Origin: Clostridia bacterium
Lineage (GTDB): Bacteria; Bacillota; Clostridia; UMGS1840; HGM11507
Direction of reading: 5' to 3'
NCBI GenBank assembly: GCA_045654005.1
Contig: JAZOMN010000067.1
Coordinates: 1-38,394 of the forward strand
Length of the DNA: 38,394 bases
Below are positions 32,601 through 38,394 of this stretch, in pieces. The notes under the pieces were generated by a model. The model saw nothing but the letters and a program-made list of their open reading frames with translations, had not been told where the DNA came from and ran no database searches. Position numbers and translations under genes: made by a program. How positions within the stretch are numbered: the stretch's first letter is position 1; the number at the start of each line of letters is the position of its first letter.

Positions 32601-33927
32601 TTTTTTAAGAAATGTTTATAAAACAGTTAAAAAATATAATCTTATAAACCCCGACGATACCGTTTTAGTCGGTGTATCGGGCGGTGCAGATTCAGTTGCG
32701 CTTTTAAAATCGCTTATAAGTCTTAAAGAAATACTTAAAATAAAAAAAATTGCAGTATGCCATATCAACCATAATTTAAGGGAAACTGCAAAAAGAGACG
32801 AAGATTTTGTAAGAGCTTTATGCAAAAAAGAGAACATAGATTTCTTTTTAAAAAGCGCAGACATCAAGGAAGAAAAAAAACGGCTTAAAGTTTCGGAAGA
32901 GGAAGCGGGAAGAATTGTAAGATACGATTTTTTCCATAAAATAAAAGAAGAAATCGGCGCAACAAAAATTGCAACCGCACATAATCTTAACGACCAGATT
33001 GAAACATTTTTTATAAGGCTTATACGGGGTGCATCTTCTGACGGTCTTGTTTCAGTTAAGCCTATAAGAGAAGATAATGTTATAAGACCTTTAATCGAAA
33101 CAAAAAGGGAAGATATTGAAACTTATCTTAACTTAATAAGTGAGGAGTATGTAACAGACGAAACTAATTTTGAAACAGAGTATTTAAGAAATAAAGTAAG
33201 ACTTATGCTTATTCCTTATTTGAAAGAAAATTTTTCTTTTTCGGAACAAGTGGTTTTAAATACAATAGACCTTTTAAAGAAAGACAGTGAATATATATCT
33301 TTTGATGTAGAAAATATACTGAATCTGGGAATAATTAAAAATAAAGGTGTAGAGTTTCCGATTGATGAACTTAAAAAAACTCACGATGCGGTACTCTCAA
33401 GAGCCATTAAAACAGTTCTTAAAAACCTTTTTAATGTATCAGTTTCAAAATCAAAACTTGACAGTCTTATTAAACTTATAAGGGATGCAAAAACAGGCAA
33501 AGAAATAAAACTGTCTTCCAATTTATTTGGGTATATTCAGTATGATAAATTTATTATAAAAAATAAGGAAATAAAAGAAGAATACTGCTTTGATTTATTA
33601 CCTGGAGATAATATAATAAAAGAGGCAGGACTTGTAATAAACATATCTGAAAACATAAAAAAAGGTAAAGATTTTATAATGGTTTCCGATATATCTTCCC
33701 TTAAGGTAAGATGCAAAAAAGAGGGAGATAAGGTATATATAAAAAATGTGGGTCATAAAAAAGTAAAGGAACTTTTTATTGATAAAAAAGTGCCAAGAGA
33801 GATAAGAAAAACGTATCCTTTAATTTTAAAAGGTGATGAAATTATATGGATACCGGGGTTATATAAAAAAGAGGGAAAAGAAGACGGTTACTGTCTTCAT
33901 ATAAGGAGAATGGAAAATGAAAACTAA
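32593..33927 (+). CDS. tilS: tRNA(Ile)-lysidine synthetase
   Basis: PP-loop motif VGVSGGADSVAL. The ATG at 32593 (MNSFLRN) overlaps the dnaB stop by 8 nt, and the track start at 32554 lies inside dnaB. Followed by hpt and ftsH as in Firmicutes. Confidence 0.9.
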   Translation: MNSFLRNVYKTVKKYNLINPDDTVLVGVSGGADSVALLKSLISLKEILKIKKIAVCHINHNLRETAKRDEDFVRALCKKENIDFFLKSADIKEEKKRLKVSEEEAGRIVRYDFFHKIKEEIGATKIATAHNLNDQIETFFIRLIRGASSDGLVSVKPIREDNVIRPLIETKREDIETYLNLISEEYVTDETNFETEYLRNKVRLMLIPYLKENFSFSEQVVLNTIDLLKKDSEYISFDVENILNLGIIKNKGVEFPIDELKKTHDAVLSRAIKTVLKNLFNVSVSKSKLDSLIKLIRDAKTGKEIKLSSNLFGYIQYDKFIIKNKEIKEEYCFDLLPGDNIIKEAGLVINISENIKKGKDFIMVSDISSLKVRCKKEGDKVYIKNVGHKKVKELFIDKKVPREIRKTYPLILKGDEIIWIPGLYKKEGKEDGYCLHIRRMENEN

Positions 33928-34456
33928 AGATGTAGAAAAAATTCTTATAACAAAGGAACAACTTGCAAAAAGAATTGAGGAATTAGGAAAGAAAATATCT
34001 GAAGACTATAGCGGAAAAAAAATTCTTGCTGTAGGTATTTTAAAAGGTTCGGTTGTATTTCTTTCTGACCTTATAAGAAGTATTGAATCTGAGGTTTCGA
34101 TTGATTTTATGACTGTTTCAAGTTACGGAAATTCGAGCCAGTCATCGGGAACATTAACAATAAAGAAAGATCTGGATACCGATATATCAGGAAAAGATGT
34201 TCTTATTGTTGAAGATATTATTGATTCAGGGGTTACATTATCAAAACTTAAAGAAGAACTTGAAAAAAGAAACCCGGCGTCACTTAAAATCTGTACTCTT
34301 CTTAATAAGCCTGAAAGAAGAACAGTTGAAGTTGACGTTGATTACATAGGCTTTGATATACCTAACGAATTTATTATAGGTTACGGTCTTGACTATGCTG
34401 AAAAATACCGCGACCTTCCGTTTGTCGGCGTTCTTAAAAGGGAAATCTATGAATAA
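33917..34456 (+). CDS. hpt: hypoxanthine phosphoribosyltransferase
   Basis: 179-aa ORF with the PRPP-binding motif VLIVEDIIDSGVTL and the GYGLDYAEKYRDLPFVGVL tail. Confidence 0.95.
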   Translation: MKTKDVEKILITKEQLAKRIEELGKKISEDYSGKKILAVGILKGSVVFLSDLIRSIESEVSIDFMTVSSYGNSSQSSGTLTIKKDLDTDISGKDVLIVEDIIDSGVTLSKLKEELEKRNPASLKICTLLNKPERRTVEVDVDYIGFDIPNEFIIGYGLDYAEKYRDLPFVGVLKREIYE

Positions 34457-34518
34457 TTACCTTGCGAGTATGCCAAATTAAAATAATTATCAAATTAAGG
34501 CTAACTGGAGGAAAGACA

Positions 34519-36429
34519 TTGAAAAAACACATTAAAGAGATTGCATTTTACTTATTACTTGTGGCTGTTTTTATTGGTATAGTTGCACTTACTATGCCTG
34601 AAAAAACAGATGTAAAAATTTATTCTGAACTTGTCGCAGATATAAGAGCAGGACTTGTTAAAGAATTGGTTATAGTGGAAAATAATGCTATCGTTACTTA
34701 TAATGACGATAAAGTAGCGGAAGTTTCCATTCCCAATTATTTAACTTTAAGACAGGATATTGACCCTGTTATTTTAGAGCAGATTACAGCAGGCACAATA
34801 AAAGTTGATACAAGAAAACCTGCGGAAATTCCGTGGTGGATTTCATTTTTACCAACTCTTCTTATAGTTGGCGCCATTGTTATATTCTGGTCCATCTTCC
34901 TTCGCCAGTCGCAAGGTGGAGGAAAAATAATGAACTTTGGCAAAAGCAGAGCCAAAGCGGTAAATGGCGAAAATGTTTCTGTTACATTTAAAGATGTTGC
35001 AGGGGTTGACGAGGAAAAAGAAGATTTAGCCGAAATAGTTGAATTTTTAAAAGAGCCTCAGAAATTTACCGATATCGGTGCAAGAGTTCCGAAAGGTGTG
35101 CTTCTTGTAGGACCTCCGGGAACGGGTAAAACACTTCTTGCCAAAGCGGTTGCAGGTGAAGCAGGTGTTACATTCTTCTCTATAAGTGGTTCTGACTTTG
35201 TTGAAATGTATGTCGGTGTCGGCGCATCAAGAGTGAGAGATTTGTTTGAACAGGCTAAAAAAAGTTCTCCTTGTATTATTTTCATTGACGAAATTGATGC
35301 AGTGGGAAGGCATCGTGGCGCAGGTCTTGGAGGCGGTCACGACGAAAGAGAACAAACCCTTAATCAACTTTTGGTTGAAATGGATGGTTTTACATCAAAT
35401 ACAAATATAATTGTTATTGCAGCAACTAACAGACCTGACATTTTAGACCCCGCTCTTTTAAGACCGGGAAGATTTGACAGGCAGATTTTAGTGGGCTATC
35501 CTGATATTTTAGGAAGAGAAGCAATACTTCGTGTTCATGCAAGAAACAAAAAGTTTGAAGACGATATAGATTTATCTGTTATTGCCAAAACTACTCAAGG
35601 ATTTACAGGAGCAGATTTGGAAAATCTGCTTAATGAATCTGCACTTTTAGCGGCAAGAGATAATCGTGTAAAAATCAGTAATAAAGATATGCAGGATGCT
35701 ATGATTAAAGTTATAGCAGGTCCTGAAAAGAAAACGAGAAAAAGAACTAAAAAAGATAAAGAACTTACCGCATATCACGAAGCAGGCCATGCTATTATTA
35801 CAGCACTTATGCCTACACTCGATAAAGTTCATCAGATTTCTATTATTCCAAGAGGAAGAGCAGGCGGATATACTCTATCCTTACCATCAAGCGATAAATC
35901 ATATTCTTCAAAAACAGAAATGTTAGAAGAAATCAATTCGTTGCTTGGCGGAAGAGTTGCTGAAAAACTTGTTTTAAATGATATAAGCACAGGTGCGTCA
36001 AACGATATTGAAAGAGCAACCAAGATTGCAAAAGATATGGTTACCAAGTACGGTATGAGCGAAAAATTAGGGCCTATGGTTTTCGGCGCAAGTAACGACG
36101 AGGTATTCTTGGGAAAAGATTTCGGGCGTACAAGAGATTATTCCGAACATATTGCCTCAATAATTGATGAAGAAATTTCAAGTATCATTGATAATGCCTA
36201 TAATATATGTATAAAACTTCTTAACGAAAATATGGATAAACTTCACGAAGTTGCCAAAGTATTACTTGAAAAAGAAAAAATTGAAGCAGACGAATTTATT
36301 GAAATTTTCCCTTATAAAAAGGAAGAGGTTGTTTTTGAAGACGATGTTTTTTCTGTAACTTCTTGTGAAGAAGAAGTGGATGAGGAAAAACCTCAAGAAA
36401 CAACTGTAAGTGAAGAAACTAAAGAATAA
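34519..36429 (+). CDS. ftsH: ATP-dependent zinc metalloprotease FtsH
   Basis: TTG at 34519, 8 nt after GGAGG, is preferred to the track start at 34462. Walker [12 protein letters not shown] region, and zinc site HEAGHAI. Acidic C-terminal tail. Confidence 0.95.
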   Translation: MKKHIKEIAFYLLLVAVFIGIVALTMPEKTDVKIYSELVADIRAGLVKELVIVENNAIVTYNDDKVAEVSIPNYLTLRQDIDPVILEQITAGTIKVDTRKPAEIPWWISFLPTLLIVGAIVIFWSIFLRQSQGGGKIMNFGKSRAKAVNGENVSVTFKDVAGVDEEKEDLAEIVEFLKEPQKFTDIGARVPKGVLLVGPPGTGKTLLAKAVAGEAGVTFFSISGSDFVEMYVGVGASRVRDLFEQAKKSSPCIIFIDEIDAVGRHRGAGLGGGHDEREQTLNQLLVEMDGFTSNTNIIVIAATNRPDILDPALLRPGRFDRQILVGYPDILGREAILRVHARNKKFEDDIDLSVIAKTTQGFTGADLENLLNESALLAARDNRVKISNKDMQDAMIKVIAGPEKKTRKRTKKDKELTAYHEAGHAIITALMPTLDKVHQISIIPRGRAGGYTLSLPSSDKSYSSKTEMLEEINSLLGGRVAEKLVLNDISTGASNDIERATKIAKDMVTKYGMSEKLGPMVFGASNDEVFLGKDFGRTRDYSEHIASIIDEEISSIIDNAYNICIKLLNENMDKLHEVAKVLLEKEKIEADEFIEIFPYKKEEVVFEDDVFSVTSCEEEVDEEKPQETTVSEETKE

Positions 36430-36439
36430 TTGGTGTGTT

Positions 36440-37111
36440 ATGTTAGAGATTAATTTAGGATATGAGTTTTGTGATAAACTTCTTCTTAACAATGCTCTTA
36501 CCCATAAATCATATTTAAGAAAAAATGAATTTCAGGGGAACAACGAAAGGCTTGAATTTTTAGGAGATTCAGTTTTGGGATTTACCGTTGCCGAATATCT
36601 TTATAAAAATTATAAAGATTTACCCGAAGGGGAACTTACAAAAATCCGTGCTAATGTTGTTTGCGAGGAATGTCTTTATAAAATTGCATTAAAAATCGGG
36701 CTTGGCGAAAAAATTTATCTTGGAAAAGGCGAAGAACATTCAGAGGGCAGAAAAAGGCCGTCTATTTTATCCGATGCTTTAGAAGCAGTTTTTGCAGCAA
36801 TATTTTTAGATGGCGGAATTGACTCTGCAAAAAAGGTTATTTTAAATCTTTTAAAAGAAGAAATTGAATCTGCCGTTAAAAGAAGAAACATCAAAGATTA
36901 TAAAACAGTTCTGCAAGAGTATGTGCAAAAAGACAATGCTTTTGCACCAACCTATGAAATCATTAAAGAAGAAGGGCCTGACCATAATAAAGTCTTTACA
37001 TCCCAGGTTTCCTTAAACGGAAAAGTTATAGGTCAGGGTGTGGGCAAAACTAAAAAAGATGCAGAAAAAGAAGCCGCAAAAACAGCACTTTTAAAATTAG
37101 GAATAATTTAG
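36440..37111 (+). CDS. rnc: ribonuclease III
   Basis: The ATG at 36440 (MLEINLGYEF) is preferred over the track start, which overlaps ftsH. RNase III signature NERLEFLGDSVLG and a C-terminal dsRBD (KDYKTVLQEY...GKTKKDAEKEAAKTALLKL). Confidence 0.9.
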   Translation: MLEINLGYEFCDKLLLNNALTHKSYLRKNEFQGNNERLEFLGDSVLGFTVAEYLYKNYKDLPEGELTKIRANVVCEECLYKIALKIGLGEKIYLGKGEEHSEGRKRPSILSDALEAVFAAIFLDGGIDSAKKVILNLLKEEIESAVKRRNIKDYKTVLQEYVQKDNAFAPTYEIIKEEGPDHNKVFTSQVSLNGKVIGQGVGKTKKDAEKEAAKTALLKLGII

Positions 37112-37149
37112 TGAAATTGTCCATATAATGTTAGTAGCAATAAAAAAAC

Positions 37150-37178
37150 TTGACAAATTAAGTTTTTTTGTGTATAAT
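37150..37178 (+). promoter_or_regulatory. perfect-consensus sigma-A promoter of the YabE-like gene
   Basis: TTGACA (37150-37155), 17 nt, TATAAT (37173-37178). Shares the TTGACAAAT -35 context with the two tRNA promoters. Confidence 0.65.
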
Positions 37179-37265
37179 ATAAAATCGTTGCCGTAAAAGT
37201 TGACATTTTAACCCAAATTTTTCTGTATTTCGGCAACTGAAATTTTTACTTTTTTTGGAGGGACT

Positions 37266-38273
37266 ATGAAAAAGATAATAGGATATGTAAAATCCTGTTT
37301 TTCTTTGAAATCCTTAATTATCTGCAGTCTGGCACTTATAATGTCAGTATCTGCAATCACGCTTATGCTTAATCTAACTAGATATGAAATTACAGTAAGT
37401 GACGACGGAGTGGTCAAACAAGCATTTGTATATTCAAAAACTGTTGAGGATGCATTAAAGGAAGCAGGAATCAAGGTTAGCGAATTCGATGAATTGTCTT
37501 TAGACTTAAACGCTGACTTAAGGGAAATTAAACATATTGAAATTAAAAGAGCAAAAGAGATAACACTTAGTGTTAACGGAAATGACGAAACTATATTTAC
37601 AACTTTAGCCACCGTTTCAGATGTTCTTGAAAAAACGGGAGTAACAATTGATGGGGATAGTTTGCTTGTTACACCTAAAGATACCGCTGTTTCAGACGGT
37701 ATGAAAATTGAAATTATAAAAAAGGTGTACGAGGAAATAACCGAAGTTGAGGCTGTTCCGTTTGAAACAACCAAGAAAGCAAACTATAATCTTGCTTCGG
37801 GGAACTCGAGAGTATCTAAAGAAGGGGTTAACGGCGAAAAAACCGTTACTTACCGTGTTGTTAAACATAACGGCGAAATTTTAGAAAAAGAATTAGTAGC
37901 AGAAAAGGTTACAAAAAAACCTGTTAATAAAGTTGTTGAGTATGGAGTTATTGCATCGGTGCAAACTTCAAGAAGCGGAGAAATCAGGTCTTCAAGAGTT
38001 ATTGAGTGCCGTGCTACTGCATATTGCTTAAAAGGAAGAACTGCGTCAGGTATGCAGTCTCAAAGAGGGGTTGTTGCGGTTGACCCGTCAGTTATTCCTC
38101 TTGGAACAAAACTGTATATAGAATCTGCAAGCGGTAATTATACCTACGGGTATGCCGTAGCAGGAGATACAGGCGGTGCGATAAAAGGCAACCGTATTGA
38201 TTTATATATGGATACTAAAAGCGAATGTTTACAGTTCGGCGTACGAAATGTAAAGGTTTATATATTAGAATAG
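37266..38273 (+). CDS. YabE-like cell-wall protein (N-terminal anchor, DUF348 repeats, G5 domain, C-terminal 3D/RlpA-like domain)
   Basis: 335-aa ORF with a TM anchor, ubiquitin-like DUF348 segments (TVEDALKEAGIKV, TVSDVLEKTGVTI), G5 (VSKEGVNGEKTVTYRVV) and a 3D domain (ATAYC...GVVAVDPSVIPLGTKLYIE...DTGGAIKGNRIDLYM). Consensus promoter at 37150-37178 and terminator at 38286-38312. Confidence 0.85.
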   Translation: MKKIIGYVKSCFSLKSLIICSLALIMSVSAITLMLNLTRYEITVSDDGVVKQAFVYSKTVEDALKEAGIKVSEFDELSLDLNADLREIKHIEIKRAKEITLSVNGNDETIFTTLATVSDVLEKTGVTIDGDSLLVTPKDTAVSDGMKIEIIKKVYEEITEVEAVPFETTKKANYNLASGNSRVSKEGVNGEKTVTYRVVKHNGEILEKELVAEKVTKKPVNKVVEYGVIASVQTSRSGEIRSSRVIECRATAYCLKGRTASGMQSQRGVVAVDPSVIPLGTKLYIESASGNYTYGYAVAGDTGGAIKGNRIDLYMDTKSECLQFGVRNVKVYILE

Positions 38274-38285
38274 GTATATTTTTTG

Positions 38286-38312
38286 GAGGATGTGAAAACA
38301 TCCTCTTTTTTT
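38286..38312 (+). terminator. terminator of the YabE-like gene
   Basis: Stem gaggatgt (38286-38293) / acatcctc (38298-38305), GAAA loop, T7. Confidence 0.8.
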
Positions 38313-38394
38313 GTTTGTTTTGAATTTTTAAAACAAGCGTTCTAATATTAAAAAATATCCAAAAAAACTACTATAAATATGCTTATCTTACTTG

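Noticed and set aside
34462-34518. Upstream extensions of ftsH (34462). The same applies to rnc (36410), tilS (32554), eda (28573), cobO (27850), the lipoprotein (20919), the SpoIID-family gene (5525) and GT4 (17670).
   Set aside because: The internal starts have proper RBS spacing and give canonical N-termini or signal peptides. The extensions overlap upstream genes or terminators.
37179-37265. c-di-AMP (ydaO-type) riboswitch in front of the YabE-like gene.
   Set aside because: The leader is only about 85 nt, against more than 100 nt for that pseudo-symmetric class, and I cannot find its conserved ACGGGGA/CCCG-type elements.
37208-37774. 188-aa minus-strand ORF.
   Set aside because: It is entirely antisense to the YabE-like gene and its leader. 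It is serine/threonine-rich and low-complexity with no RBS, so it is a shadow ORF.

Overview
AT-rich chromosomal segment of a Firmicutes/Clostridia-type bacterium, judged from gene content (SpoIID-family gene, ClpE, gdpP-rplI-dnaB, tilS-hpt-ftsH) and consensus sigma-A promoters. Coding content is mostly core. It comprises a cytidylate-kinase-like protein and an ArsB/NhaD permease; a creatininase-family protein; two CUT1-type ABC sugar permeases with no binding protein; and SpoIID/LytB-queA-tgt. A minus-strand cell-wall glycan operon follows (phosphodiester glycosidase, MurJ/CsaA-like flippase, DUF4330, Wzy/O-antigen-ligase-like protein, GT4-CsaB fusion) with a divergent GT4. Further on are a ClpE-type AAA+ ATPase, an orphan ABC ATPase, a tRNA Pro-Thr-Tyr cluster, a LysM-CAP protein, cobO and eda. 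The window ends with gdpP-rplI-dnaB-tilS-hpt-ftsH-rnc and a YabE-like DUF348/G5/3D protein. The only accessory-looking block is about 18.8-22.5 kb. It holds a three-gene operon of uncharacterised envelope proteins, two divergent small XRE regulators and an AbrB/RelE toxin-antitoxin pair. I recognise no known defence, CRISPR, prophage or transposase system. The most unusual content is non-coding, because the intergenic regions are packed with short structured repeats. (i) Three arrays have a constant 7-8 nt motif (GCGATAT/YGATAT at two loci, AGTTATGA at a third) directly abutting short palindromes of unrelated sequence, with forward copies followed by reverse copies at two loci. (ii) There are REP-like GTAG-plus-hairpin elements, including an inverted doublet. 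(iii) Terminator hairpins with different stems share the apical loop AGGGACAGNCCCC. (iv) A dispersed GGGAATAGGAAAAAAGCTT-type repeat occurs three times. (v) Four unrelated hairpins sit in a row, and there are several tandem heptamer/octamer repeats. All protein calls rest on motif recognition by eye, and no searches were run.
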